Origin: Lepidodermella squamata | Taxonomy: Eukaryota > Animalia > Gastrotricha | Length of the DNA stretch: 64,000 bases | Direction of reading: 5' to 3' | Assembly: GCA_047495785.1 (NCBI GenBank) | Contig: JBLDXI010000054.1 | Location: 1,736,001-1,800,000, forward strand | Shown here: positions 24,266-38,120 of the stretch, piece by piece | Position numbering within the stretch: the stretch's first letter is position 1 | Layout: each line of letters begins with the position of its first letter | Made by a program: the position numbers and the translations under genes | Notes under the pieces: model-generated | Seen by the model: the letters and a program-made list of their open reading frames with translations, nothing else | What the model was told of the DNA's origin: nothing | The model's database searches: none

Positions 24266-25090
24266 GATCCGTCTAGATTTGTCTAGTATGGGAAGCAACC
24301 AATTGGACAATATTGGCAGATATTGGACAATATTTCGAGCTGTTCGTAATTTCCGGCCTATCTGATCATCTCACTGGTTATATGTTTGTTTAGATGTGAG
24401 CGCGTCAAATAGCTGCGAGCTTTGCATGTCGGGGAATCCTTTCTCCAGGATGTTAGCTCAATGATTGAATTGACAATAATGAAATCATCTGTGCTTATTG
24501 AAAAAAAACGATTCACGAAATCTCCGGAGATCAAATTTGAAGTTATAGGCGGCATAGTGCTGTAGAACCAAATACATGATTCCTATATGTTACAGGCGAG
24601 CCATATACCGCTTGATGCTGAGAAGTTACAGAGTGTGAGTTGATTCCGGGGGTTTACACCAATATTTAATGGTAACCAGAGAAGAGGGCATCAGATAGGA
24701 AATTATCATATGGGAAATTATTCCAGCGAAAACAAATGATTTAAAAATGGCATACTTTAAATTTTTACAGTTAGGCCAACTCTTTTGATTTTTTTGATGG
24801 TCACATTCTGTGAGCAGAAACTTGAGTTACCTCAGTTTTATCTTCACGACGACTTTACTATGGCAGTTTAATGAGAAGGTCGTTGCACTCTAGCCGTCTG
24901 GTTAAGATTAGAAATATATGAGTTTAAGCTAAGGCCATTGATAAACTGGCATTCGGCATGAAAAAATTATTTCTGCACGCGTCTGTGAAAATAGGATCAT
25001 ATCAAAACAACCAATATTGAGACGCCCAATTCAAATATTATACACAAAAAATCAGATTTACGAGAAATTATTTTTTGAATCGCAGAGGCA

Positions 25091-25898
25091 ATGAATGAAA
25101 CAACTGCTAATTCAAGTGTTTTACAGCAAGAGCTTGAAAAGCTGAAGCAAGACTATGGCTTTGCCGAGCCGAATCGTGGCAATCTTGACGATCCATCGAT
25201 TAACTGGCGTCATGGAAAACCTAACTACACCAAGGCCAATCTTGAGTTCTTCAAAGGTAACCCTTTGTTGCAAAGATAAATTCATAGAAATCAAGTATTA
25301 TTCTCCAGGGCGAAAAATGAACCACAAAGCTGGTTCTCTGCGGCAAATTGTTGAAGACCTGGTTAAGACCTGGGAAATGGAGGCGAGTCATAAAGCTGAA
25401 TACAATCAATGGACAACTATCGACCACGGCAACTACATCGTCAGTGCCAATGGTGGCCGCGTCTACTCGGGGGTTGAAGCTAAAGAAGCCGGCAATTACA
25501 ACTGGCTGCTCGATAGCTGCCCGAAGTTGTTGTACGACAGCAGCGTGGAATCTTTCGATTCTTCCCACGATTTATTCCGAGGCTCTTTCACCGATGGGTT
25601 CCCGTGGGAGGTGATCGAAGTCTTCTCAGGCCCGCCAAAGGTTACATTTACTTGGCGACACTGGGGCCGCTTCAACGGGTCGTATCGCGGCATCAAGGGT
25701 GAAGGACAAACGATTGAGATGTTTGGCTTCTGCTACGTGACTGTCACCGCGGAGCTGAAAATTCAGAATATCGAGGTGTATTACAAGCCGAATGAATTCC
25801 TAGAGGTGCTTGAAGGAAAGCGATCGAATGAGGACATTGCTAATGGAGCTCAGCTGGTTGGCCCAACCTGCCCATTCATCAGCAAATTGAGAGACTGA
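25091..25898 (+). CDS. Pathogen-related protein-like (SnoaL/NTF2-like fold)
   Basis: Intron 25257-25308. Motifs WRHGKPNY, LVKTWEMEASHK, GFPWEVIEVFSGPPKVTFTWRHWG characteristic of the plant 'pathogen-related protein' family. Confidence 0.85.
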
Positions 25899-25969
25899 TG
25901 ATTTGTGTTGCTCTAAGCTTGAGACTATCTTGAATTTATTCTTCTAATTCAGTAAATAAAACACATGCA

Positions 25970-27313
25970 CTATATTTTGTACTTTTTCAAATGTTCGTAG
26001 TAAGGCATGCATTCTTCGATGCACTGAAGCACTTTGGCCGGCAGTTTGCTCGTAGCTCGACCCTCGCTGTTGCCAGTCAAAGCTATAGGTGTCATCGGCA
26101 GGGTATGATCTGGGTGTGAAGCAGGCGGAGCTGGTAAGTGGAATGCTCGGAAACTTGTCGACGACAGTACGCCCTCAAACCAAGGCCCCCAGCCTCGGAA
26201 GATCTGCGGCGCCGTTGACATTTGCTTCTCAGCTGCCGCTTCAATACCGACTGGAGCTTGCTTCTCCTGGTTTGTGATATGGCTCAGATCCTCAGTGGCA
26301 ACACCACTGATCTCAATCGGGGCAGCGTCATTGCCTTCGCTGGGGGAGGTTAGGCTGTAGTCAATAGACTTCCAAGAAAGCATTTTATCGGAAAATTCTA
26401 GACCAGTTAGTTGGCAGTACTTGATCAAAACTTGTCCTAGTTCGAAGACATGGAATTAAAGCCCCAAAATAGCCAAAGAACCTTTCGACTTACTTGGGCT
26501 GTGAATCAAATCATCTGCATCTACGACAATAGCCGGCTGTCGTAATTTTTGAGTAACATAAATAAATCTGTAACGAAACGTGTGATTTCAAAGAAAACAG
26601 AAGGTTCAAATTACAAGTCGTAGAGCTCTTTGAAACCAGCCTCTGCCGCATTGAACCAGTCCCAGCCCGTTCGTTGCTTGTCAATCGACAACCGGTATAG
26701 CGAAGCCACCGAAGCCTGAGGCTTTCTGATCAGGAAAGTATGAACATAGCCCTTCGGCAGTAGTTTGGCGAAGTTTGCTGTCTGGGCCTTTGAATCACCA
26801 GCTGTGAGGTAATAAGCCATGTCTTTGGAAAACACGCTTTTATATCGCGTGTAGGGTTGTTCATAGATGTGGCGAATGTCTTCGAAACGACAGGTCGGAG
26901 TTGGGGGTCGGTCTGCATATCGAACTGAAATACGCTCCTCGCCGAAGTAGTAAGCATTGGAAAACGGCTCCAGCAAAACTTTGATCTTCGCTCCCTGGAA
27001 ATGATGAAACGTGAATTGTCGCAATTTCAAGGTTAAAACTTGCCTCCATTATAGCTCTGAAGAAAGCTGTGGATATGGATCGAGGTACAGCCCATAGCAA
27101 TACCCTGGCCTGAAGACGGCATTGTAAAACATCGGGCAAGGCATTACTGGCTAGTAATAAAGCATCCGTGTCTCTTCTTTTCACAAGAGCCCGGGGTTGG
27201 GGTTCTTCATTGTTGATCAACTCCTCTTCTTCATCCTCGCTAGAACTCGAGGTCAACGAAGATGCTTTAGCTAGTACTGGCCTATAAGTTGAAGCATCTG
27301 ATTTTTCATTCAT
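25970..27313 (-). CDS. Sulfotransferase-like (P-loop) protein homologous to the N-terminal domain of BCAT-like proteins; multi-exon
   Basis: Motifs LWAVPRSISTAF, LEPF, KDMAY, HTFLIRKP, IVVDADDL, ML.W, W...V..STSF spread over ORFs separated by short introns. Exact junctions not all verified. Confidence 0.75.
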
Positions 27314-27609
27314 TTCTACGGCGAAAATTGTCAAGAACAACTTCTGATGATGTAAAAATTCCAGATACCGGCTATCGATCGACTTATCAAGTGCACACTC
27401 TGCGGCTGCTAAATCCTGCGCGTCTGAGTAAAGCAAAGAAGCGCGTGTTTACTCCGAAAATACCTGCAGCGTTTTGTTGTAAGATGTGCTATTATTATGT
27501 AAATTACCGACGCTTTTTTCAATGTTTGCCCAGAGGGCTGTCAAAGATTTACTGTCTTTATCACTTTAATCGATAAAACAGCCCTTAATTCATTAAATCA
27601 CACACTTTT

Positions 27610-28892
27610 TCACCAGTAAATTAAAGCGAATGTAATAAAATCAGCCGAGAGTAAAGCTACCAGAGCAAACGGGAAAAAAGCCACATCGAATGCCCGAATT
27701 TTCGTTATCCGGAATTTGCGTAATTTTGCATACTTAATTCCCTTAGTTTCGTAGCGTACAGCTAGTTCGCAGGTGATCATTGCGTAGAACGTGATGAAGA
27801 AACTAGCAATCAACTGCATAGCGAAAAAGATGACGACATAAGCAATTGTCGAGGACTTTGGGATAGATTCAGTGACCGTCGATAGCAAAACCATATAAGA
27901 CAGCATTACTAAATAATCTTAGTATAAAATGTGTTCAAAATTCTGAATTCGGTATCGATACCTGTGATGCAGTAAACTGGCCGATCTGGAAATTGAGCCG
28001 GCATGAATCCAGCAGTTACCATAAGCATTTGCAGCAGGAAACACGGTAGAAATATGTTAGTCATATAAATCCTGTGTTTCCGTCTCAGGACAAAAGTTAC
28101 GAAAACGTCATCATAAACGTCGGGATCGTTTGGGTAGGGTCTAGTAAAATTTCCGACATAGCAAGTGTCTATGCCCCAAACGTCGCCAGGCGTGATGAAG
28201 CGTTCAAAATTGATGCTTGGGAAGTTGTTAACTAGCGATAGCTTCACCTTGCGATTGTTCTCCCAAGATTCCAATTCCAGAGTACAGATTTGAACGTCGA
28301 AAGGAAATTTTTCGAAGTTGAGAGGGCACTTGAATGTAATCGTTCCAGTTACTGGGTAGAAAACAGATCCGTCATTGTAGAATTATACAAGCTGCTTAAC
28401 AGCCATTCTGAAATTGGAAAATCACAAATTGTATTCAAAATAAAATTGGAGAATTGAAGGATGAAGAGCTCACTCTTGAAATTCAAAAATTCCAGTAATT
28501 CCACTCCAAATACTGATTATAGGCGTGTAAACATCAGAAGCTGGTATTTTGACATACGTCAGATCTTCATATGAGGTATTTGTCCAGATCGTGCAAGGAT
28601 GCTTCCAATTCAAGTCGATTTCAGTTGATAGCGAAAACGTTTGCTCAACATCTTCCAGGCCACGAAAATTGAGCGGTGCGAACCTGATGGCAATATCAAG
28701 AGAATCGTTCCGCCTGGCCACCGGGCGATATTTGTCAGTTAGGTAGCATCGCCGTTTTAGAAATTCAACGATATAAGCTTCATCAGGTCTATAAACTTCC
28801 TGTTGCTCCCAGCTCACAGAGCTTTGATTCTGAAGCGTTAGATCCATGCAACTGGACAAGGCCAGGTTCAACGTAAAAAGGATTAGTATCAT
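27610..28892 (-). pseudogene. Atypical Cys-loop LGIC subunit C with single in-frame nonsense codon (TAA 28383-28385)
   Basis: Spliced model reads EMAVKQLV*FYNDG, then an intact Cys loop CPLNFEKFPFDVQIC and 4 TM. Otherwise undisrupted. Confidence 0.75.
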
Positions 28893-29758
28893 CACTGAGG
28901 CTGGACAGGTTGAAAAGTGGCCTAAAGCAGGGGAATAAATACCAATAGTTAATTCATCGCGGATGTTCCCAAGGGTATGGATTGATCGGATTTGCGTTTG
29001 ATTGGCGAAAAACGTCAGATTTTTGCGTCAGATAGATGATTTATTCATCAAATGAGCGCGTTCGTTATTACCTTCGCGCATCACCTGTTGATGTCAATAT
29101 TCGCTGAGCTATAACATATACTTGGAATATTTGAATCCTAGGATGAAGCCGAAGGGATTAGAGCGGACAATCAATACTGTCTGAAAATGTGTCTTCCATT
29201 TCATGGATTCCTACGCTGTAACACAGCATATCTTAAGAATGCCGTTTACTTCACTCCCAATTTTGAAGCTACCAGTAAGTTGACGAAAAATGGCAATATG
29301 AGCGGATGGCATTAGAATCGTCAAAAACCGTGAATCTATCGCTCTCATTGCTGCGGTGCGACCATCTACGAGATACAAGAAAAGCGTATCTCAATGTTTC
29401 TGGATTTTTCCAAACGAAGTGCCACGCACTTCGCACGTAACTATAGCGCACGTAACTATAGGTTACACCGTTTCGGCATTGTGGATAATGATAGATGTGA
29501 GCAGTTAACAAAATACAGAGAGGAATGTGGTTATCGTACCGCGTTTGAAAACACGATAATTCCTCAAGGCGGAACCTTTGTCCAACAATTCTGCAAAATC
29601 AAATTTTTGCCCTAGAGATCCTTTTAATTTGACTGGATTTGTCGACGTCATTCATTTGCTACTCAATCGCGCGGAGTTGTTTACGTATATTGAAGTGCTT
29701 CCTGAGCTGTGGTCCCATCTCTCTTTGAATCAACAGGAAATAAATCCAATTGATTTAT

Positions 29759-31016
29759 TCATAACTCCCAAATAGAGCTAGCAAGATAAACTACGCAGTC
29801 TGTCAATACAAAGCACACAGCCATGAAAGAGTAAAAGATTACATCCAGGAATTTCAGTCTATCAATCTTAGATTTCGACCCAGTTGCAACGATTTCGACT
29901 TTCTTGAACCATCGGCGTTCGGACAGCTCGCAGGTTAGCATAGTAAAGCCTGTGAGAAGAGAACTGAGACCCATCTGAATCGCCAGGAATAGGACGATAT
30001 TAGCAATTTGGGCCGATTTTGGGATTTCTTGAATTATTATGGTTTGAAGAACTACAAATGACAGTAGAACTGAGATGCAAAAGACTGGCCTGTCGGAAGA
30101 ATGGGCCGGAATCCAACCCGACCCTAAAGCCATGGCTTGCAGAATGATACACGGGATGTAAATCGTGGTTACGTAAACTCGAAACTTCCGTGCCAGATCA
30201 AACGTCACGACTACTCGGTGATAGTCCCAATCACTATCCGGGTAAACATGCTTTTCCTTTACAACAGTTGCGTTTATCAGTCGCCAAATGTCGCCGTCAG
30301 ACACAAATTCGTCCATTCTAATAGTCAAGCCATTGTTTCTGAGGATGAAATTGATGCGATTGCTGTTTTCCCACGATTCAAAGATGATTTTGCAGTGTTG
30401 TCGATCCATGGGAAACTTCCTAATGTCCATTTTGCATATTGCAGAAAAAGTGGTCATGACAGGCCATAGAACTCTTCCATCGGCGTAGTAGTACACTCGA
30501 GTGACCTTAGAAAGGCTGAAAATGGACTGTTTTTAGGGATTTAGGAAAAAGGAAGTTTTCTAACCTTTCAAATGGTGCCATGTCAACCCCATTTGGCATG
30601 ATAAGTTGTGGGTACCAAACATCCTCAGCCATGACTTTAAAATAGTCGACATTGAATCGAGGATTACCTGACCAGTTCGTGCAAGGATGACGCCAGCCAA
30701 TGTCGATTTCCATGTTAAGCGACAGACTAATATCAAACCGACAGGAATACATCAAAAGTACAGGTGAAACAGTTATTTACGTTTCAGTCTTATCGACCAA
30801 ACTGCGAAAGCTAATTGGGATTATCTCAATTGAGACGTTCAGTCTTTCGCTGAACTTGGCGAGCGGCCGGACCTTAGCGCCTAGATTGCAGTTTTTGAAA
30901 ACTTCTTCGACGAGAACCGCCTCTTCAGCGCGGAATTCAGGTATGGTAGTGTTATACTTATCACAGTGTGTCACCGTTAGTATGTTAAAACAGAAGAAAA
31001 TCAGCAAAATCAACAT
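29759..31016 (-). CDS. Atypical Cys-loop LGIC subunit D
   Basis: Introns 30727-30780 and ~30516-30564. Cys loop CKMDIRKFPMDRQHC. No M2 intron. Confidence 0.9.
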
Positions 31017-31176
31017 TTTAATGTTTAGTCAATCTATAGTGGTTCTCTCACTGTATTGATAGCCAGCGACATGATTATTTAAAGCATACGATGCTGGCAA
31101 AACGCACATTCTGTGCCATGAATGCTCTTAGGACACGAATATTGCGTGATCGATTCAAGGTCAACATTTATTGCTA

Positions 31177-32494
31177 TCACCATGCTATTAATCCTATAAT
31201 GATTAAATCTGAAATAGTCATAATAAATGCTGATATTCCGAAGAATTTGATGTCCCAACTCCGAATTCGCGTCATTGGATATTTGCCATAGGAAAATCTG
31301 AACAGAGTGTCGTGTTTAACCAAACGCTGAAAGCTATCTCTATAGCCCAATTCGCATGTTATCAAGGTGTAAACGGTGACAACGAAGCTAGCGCACAGTT
31401 GGAAGCCCAGGAAGACTATGACATAAGCAACGGTCGACGATTTCGGGATCGAATCTGTGATTATTGATTGCAATACAACATAAGCCAAGAGAGCTGAGAA
31501 GAAAGGTTAAAATTGAACTTCTTGATTTTACAGCATACCTGTGGTGCAGAAAACTGGTCTATCAGGGTGATGAGCAGGCATCCAGCCTGACATGATTATC
31601 AAAATTTGAAGGGCGAAACAGGGTAGAAAAATGTTGCTCATGTAAATCTTGTTCTTCCGGAAAAGAGTTATTTTGAGTGCACAATTATCATATTTATCTG
31701 GATCCCCTGGGTATTCCGCGGTGTAATTAGACACAGAAGCTCCCTTAAGGTCCCAAATTTCGGCTTCGCTGATGAATTTTGATAAATCAATGTCTGGGGA
31801 CTGGCTTTTGAGAAGCATTCTGACCATCCGTCGATTCTCCCAAGATTCTAGCCTCATTACGCAAGTTTGCTCATCAAAGGGAAATCTTTCGAAATTTAGT
31901 GGGCAAAAGAAAGAAATTGTTGTCTGAATAGGCCAAAGGACCGAGCCATCAGAATTATAGTAGATGTTCAACTTGTCACCCAAACTGAAAGAAATGCAAA
32001 CTCAGGAAGAGGTTGGTTGCTTCTTCAGACTTACTCGTCGAATGGAAGAGCTCCTCCAATAGCATTGCCGATGAGCACTAGTGGATACCATACTTGCGAA
32101 GGTTTTAGCTTGAAATACTTGATGTAGAAGAATTCTGAATCCTCCCAATTTACGCACGGATGGCTCCATTCGACATCTATCTGAATCCATAGCGAGAAAC
32201 TGCGGGAACACCAGAAAAGTTATTATTATTCATTGAATGATTGTTCCCTTACATTTGATCCTTGTCAACTAATCCTCGAAAATTCAAAGGAGCGAATCTC
32301 AGTTTGATTTCGAGTGCATCTGTGTAGTTTCTGACCGGCCGAACCTTTGCGTTGAGGTTGCATTTTTTCACCATCCAATCAGCCAGGACTGCTTCATCAG
32401 GTTGAAAATCCGATTCGATCACATTTTCTTGGGAAAATTCAAGGAATAACAGGATTACCACGGAAGTTATCTGATAGGAAATGGAGTATAACAT
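31177..32494 (-). CDS. Atypical Cys-loop LGIC subunit E
   Basis: Four exons with phase-compatible GT-AG introns. Cys loop CPLNFERFPFDEQTC. Confidence 0.88.
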
Positions 32495-33135
32495 TCTATA
32501 CGCAAATTTTACGATAATAAGCCCCACAGTAAGGTGTATCCAAGAAGTGCCTTTAGGAAAACGGTATTATTGATCAGCTCATTAAATATTCAAAATAATC
32601 GGCTTTATTGCTTTACTTAACGGGATGTCAATACTTGAAGGACATTTTAAGACAACACCATTCGGTTTACCCTGAGCTAAGAGGCGCAAGCTAATAGGTG
32701 ATTACGACAGGATAATTCTGTAAATGGATGATCTAAGGCTCATCTAAAATTCGATAACACACATATTTTCTAAGAAACTTCATGGTTTCATCGGTTAAAG
32801 AAAATCATTTCTCCCATCGCATTTGTCGTTTCTTGTAACATATAGTTGAAGTGATCTCGCGTGATTGAGGCCTGTTACCAAAGCTCAGAAATATACTTTC
32901 GTCTGTTGTAGACACTTTTCGCGACTGATTCAGCAATTCAGACCCCTTTGACTTCACAGGTCTGCCTTTAGCTCCGGTAGGCATCTCTCTCAGATTTCAT
33001 TTTTTACCCCGATTGAGATTTGATTATATGCGGTCCGTTTTACAGCTGAACCAATTTACTTCCCCATAAATGAAGTACATATAGAGCAAACACAGATGAT
33101 GCATCGATATTTTTTATATCCGTACATTAGCACTT

Positions 33136-34558
33136 TCAGTTATGAACGATGCTAAGCATCAAGATGAGAACATCGCATAGAATCATCACAGCAGCGACTG
33201 TTCCATATACGCTAAGATCTGCCAGCCGGATCCTCGATATTTTCCGATTGACTCCAGTGATTGTAATCACAGCGGAGTAGTAACTATCATGAGCGAGACT
33301 ACTAGCCACCAATGTATAGACGGTTAAAATTGAACTAAACAGCAATTGTAGACCTATAAATACGACGATGTAGGCTATTTGGGCTGTTTCTGGGATTATC
33401 AAAGAAATCGACGACTGAAGCACAAGAAATGACAGAAGAACTGAAAAAAGGAAAAATCCGTCTTAGAATCGAAAAATGAGCAAAAATACATACCTGTAAT
33501 GCAAAATGAACATTTTTCGCTGTTTTCAGGTGGAATCCAGCCTGACATGAGTACTACAACTTGGAGGATAAAGCATGGGGCGTAGATTCCCAACATGTAA
33601 ATCTGACATCTTCGCCTGACCACAAAGGTAAGTTTGACTTGGTCGTATTGCCTCATATTACTGGCATGTTTGTATTTCCCACGTGATATGTCGATGCCCT
33701 CAAGAGACCACACATCGCTATCGCTGACAAAAGCTGGGTCCAGCGAAATTTCGCTTGTGGCTGGTAGCAAATTCATACGGCGGGTACTCTCGAATGACAT
33801 CATCTCGTAGACGCAAATTTGCTTATCGAATGGAAAATTGGAAAAATCCATGTCGCAATAGAAATCAAAGGCTGCGATGGTCGTCAAATGAATGTTGCCA
33901 TCAGAATTAAAGTATGCCGTACCAGCCTCGGCCAATCTATTAGAAAATTAGAACAAAATAAAGCAAATCCGGAGAAGGTTAGGCAGAAAGGGACAAGTTT
34001 CTTGAGAAAGGTCTCTGGCTTATTCAAGTTAAATTGGACGGTGAAAGGTGTGATCAGGAGACGCGATAAAAGAATTGGCGATAAAAGAATTGTAAGAATC
34101 CCTTCGACAGGGCCCTTCGACATTTGTTTCATCCTATTCAAAGTTGTAACAGAAACATACCTCTGAAATGGCATGGTTTCTCCGACCCCTGACAACACCA
34201 CAATTTTAGGAGTCCACAAATTCTTTGCACTGGCCATGAAATATTCTGTAGAATTGAATCGACTATCTGTCAACCAATTTGCGCAAGGGTTCAGCCATCG
34301 GAAGCTGGCTTGTGCCATGAATGAAAACGTTTGCTTTTGACTGTCTATGCCGAGAAATCGCATAGGCATGAGATCTACAGTTACGGTCATGGTTTCATTG
34401 AATTTCTTAACAGGTCTAAAATCTGATAATAGATTGCATCGTTTGACCATTTCTTGATAAATCAGAGCTTCATCGGTCATAAAAACGGTTTGGTCGGTCG
34501 CTCCAGCTGTTACTCCTGAGACTGCCAAGAACCAGAGCAAATCGGCGATATCAATCAT
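33136..34558 (-). CDS. Atypical Cys-loop LGIC subunit F
   Basis: Intron 33937-34160 plus M2 intron. Cys loop CDMDFSNFPFDKQIC. M2 SEKCSFCITVLLSF. Confidence 0.9.
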
Positions 34559-35167
34559 TATGGGAACTCCTATTGTAAATTCGCAAGTAATTTAACAAAC
34601 GATTTAATTTGCAATTCATTCGTAGTTCTGATTTCACATGCAAATATTGAATCAGACAGTGATGTATTTACTCGACAGACTCGTATGGAACGAGGACTAG
34701 GCTATTTTTAAGATGTGGAAACCAGATAATTTCTGTTCTGGTATTCGAACAGATTGGGCGATATCTTAAGGGCTTTTTATCGTCGAAATTATAGCTCTTA
34801 AACTGCCAGGCGGGACATCACCTATTGATAACTATTCAGCTATCAAAGTTTTGGCACTCAGGATAAGCGCAGAATGGCATCAAGCAAATACTGCTCGCTA
34901 ATGTATTTTTATTAGATACCGGAAATGCGTCAATGAAAAATCGAATGTATTTTTTGGAAAACTTGAAACCAATTTCATCACGGCAATTATGCATTTTTGG
35001 ATGACCAGTAATTAAGGAGATCCCAAATTGAAACTAATGGTTCAATTTTATGCTACGTAGCTGGTACCAGTGGAAAGAGTGATGTAGACCCACCAGGAGA
35101 ATTATTTATATTTAACCGATTTTTAAGGGGGGAAATGCGAACAAATTAAGGTAGGTTTTATTTTCAA

Positions 35168-36472
35168 CTAAGGAATTTGTGTGGAAAATATAAATAGAGC
35201 GACATCACCGATAGCAATCACGAAAGTCATAATCAAATAGAACACGATGTCCATTATCCTGATGCATTTCATGCGTTTCTTCCCTGAAATTGCGACAAAA
35301 CCACCAAAATAACGTTTTGCAGACAAGCCACAGGCAACCAATGTGTAAACTGTTACAACAGAACTGGTCAACATTTGAACCTCTAGGAATATCGTAACAT
35401 AAGTGAACTGGGACGTTTCAGGAATCGACTGCGAAATGGAGGACTGGAGAACCACGAAAGCCAGTAAAACTAAACATAAGAATACTGAAAATGGCTTTAA
35501 TCTCGCAATAGTTCGAAACTAACGTGTAACACAAAATGAGCATCGTTCTGCATCTCTCGGCGGAATCCATCCTGACATGACGATAAGGACTTGCAATATG
35601 AAGCACGGCGATAGGACATTGATTAGGAATATGCTGTATTTTCGTTTCAAACCGAATCTGACGATAACTCTATCGTAGGTCTTCTGAATATTCTTATAGA
35701 CCTTCGAATAGGACTCAACTTCGATTTGAGTGACGTCCCAAACTGCTGCTTCGCTGATGAAATCACTTTCCACTGTTATGTTGGGAGTAAAAGGCTTCAA
35801 AGTCAGCATTTTGATGTTATCCCATGCCTCCAGGCCAATGGTGCAAATTTGCTTATCGAATGGGAAATTGGTAAGGTCAAGATCACAAGTTAGCGCCATG
35901 TTGATTAGAATAGGCATTCGGGCAACTCCATTAGGACGGAAGTATACCCACATCCTGCTTTCAAGGCTGAAAGAAAAATGATAATTTGATGGTGGAAAGG
36001 TAATTTTTCGATGATTTTACTTATTGAATGGCAGACTATCATCCACCGCATTGAATACGATCACTTGCGGGTACCAGGTTTCTGAAGCTTTGATTGAGAA
36101 CTCGCCAACTCTAGCCATAGCTACGTCACTCTGCCATTTCGAACACGGATGGTTCCAGAAAAGATCAATTTGACACATTATTGAGAATCTGATAGAGTGA
36201 TTCAATTGTATATCAAGTTACCTCTTCGCGGTTTCTTACGTTTCTGTCCTCTCGTCAAGGCTAAGGAAGCGTATTGGGCTAAAGTTCACTCGGACATCAA
36301 TCACATCGGTGTAGTTTTGTAGCGGCCGAACTTTCAGATCGAGACGGCATTTTTTCGTGATGAAATCAGCAATAGCGGCTTCTTCAGGGTAAAATTCTGC
36401 TGGAACATCGCCAGATTCAACTGGTAGGAGGAAACAAATCGCTATAATTAAGGCTGCTAGTCCTATTGGCAT
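35168..36472 (-). CDS. Atypical Cys-loop LGIC subunit G
   Basis: Four exons. Cys loop CDLDLTNFPFDKQIC. M2 AERCSFCVTLLLAF. Confidence 0.88.
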
Positions 36473-38120
36473 GACATCTGTGAAATGCTCATCGCGTGCA
36501 TTTTGATATCTCAGATTGATGAGTGCTTGCACAGCTGAACTAATATGGCGCTACCAACATTGCGTGGGTATAGCAGTTAAAGTGGCTGTTTTTCAAAACG
36601 ATATTTGTATTTTTGATGCTTCCAACTTGATAACATTTCCTTGCATGATTAATGATTTCCCATGAGCGCACGTTGCTTGTTTACGTAAAAAATCTATATT
36701 GTTGGGCTAATACAATGCGCATGTATAATGAAGCTTAATGGGCGATGAATTTCCTGGCATAAATCTTGATTGATTAATTGATTTAAGGAGAGGGCCATTT
36801 AAAAACCTGGAATTGCTGGCTCGACGATTGTTTGTACTAATTAGCAAACACAGATGGACCAAAATCGATGATTTGATGAATTCATATCGCTTTCACACCG
36901 TCAGCATCGAAGAAGTAGTTGCATGGCGGGATGCAACTTATCGAAAAAAGCCAGAAAACAAAGATTGCATTGGAAAATCTGAAAGGCAAACATTTTAGAG
37001 TTCTTCTGTTCGATTTGTCCATGAGGCTTCAAAATAACAGTTGCCACTGCAGATCTTATTTCCAAGATTTCTGACAATGAGGTTTGATCTTACTTCAGAT
37101 AATGTCTCTTTTGTCGCGATTCAAAATGTGAAATGCAGAACGCGGGGTTAAAGCTCTAATGATGATGCCTATTTCGCATGGCATAATCATTCGCATGTCC
37201 TTGCATACATACACATCTAGCTGTTTTCTGTAATTCGGTCTTCACCCCACAAAGAACGTGATAAACTTCGATATCATGACCATCGAGTCATGGAAAGAAC
37301 ACGCTTCGTCAGGCGAATATCTGCAAGGCGGTGGATAGACTTCCCGCTTCCCAGAGATAAAGTTACAACTTCTCTCCTGTTTCCTGTTTATTTGTATCAT
37401 GGTCTTGCAGGCGACAGCGGAATCCCTTAATACAACGACAAGATAACCCCTGCAATTTTAAGCAGCGTCACGTCCTTACAATAATATTAAATGAGATAAA
37501 GTAACGCCAGCAATGCTCCGACATTTTTTACCCACCTTTTCTACCTCGACTTCAAAAGTCTGAGGGGCCATCAATAAACGCTGAACCTCTTCAGATTATT
37601 CACCATACGATGAAATTATTTACCACGAACATAATTTTACAACCTTTTGAAACTACATTCTGAAATAAGCGAGGTGAGAGTTTCAAGATCAATATTTCTG
37701 AGCATCCTAAAAACTAACGTAGCGTTAGTGAAACTTTTGATAAGAGATATACTCATCCCCACCATAGTTCGTTGTTTATGCCTAACCACCCGGGCATCGT
37801 TCAATTTCTCATTTTACAACTCAGCCAAGCGTCGAATCTTCATAGATTTTCAACACCAATGCATAGATTCGCCATAAGTCAGCGCTTTGTCCTCCTGGAA
37901 ATTCCCAATTTGTGGAAATTCCCAATTAACTTATTAGCATGTTGTTGACCTCATTAGCCTTCAGGTGTCAGGTTGAATGTATATAGGTTTCATAATTCTG
38001 AGCTGTTATCCCTGGCCACTAATCTGAGTTGAAATATGGTTTAACTGCTCAATGTATAGTTGCTGCTATATGACTGCTGATGCTTGGTGTTTGCCTTTTA
38101 GATATCATTTTTTATTCCCC

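Larger units (their letters stand above)
18790..24625. repeat. Segmental duplication, copy 2 (all genes intact)
   Basis: Colinear with ~5900-11095. Confidence 0.9.

Noticed and set aside
25091-27313. Bacterial contamination or prokaryotic operon
   Set aside because: Both genes carry short spliceosomal introns like their neighbours.
33884-34160. Hydrophobic extension of ORF 33884..34558 as an extra TM domain
   Set aside because: Lies within intron 33937-34160, whose position is shared with paralogs.
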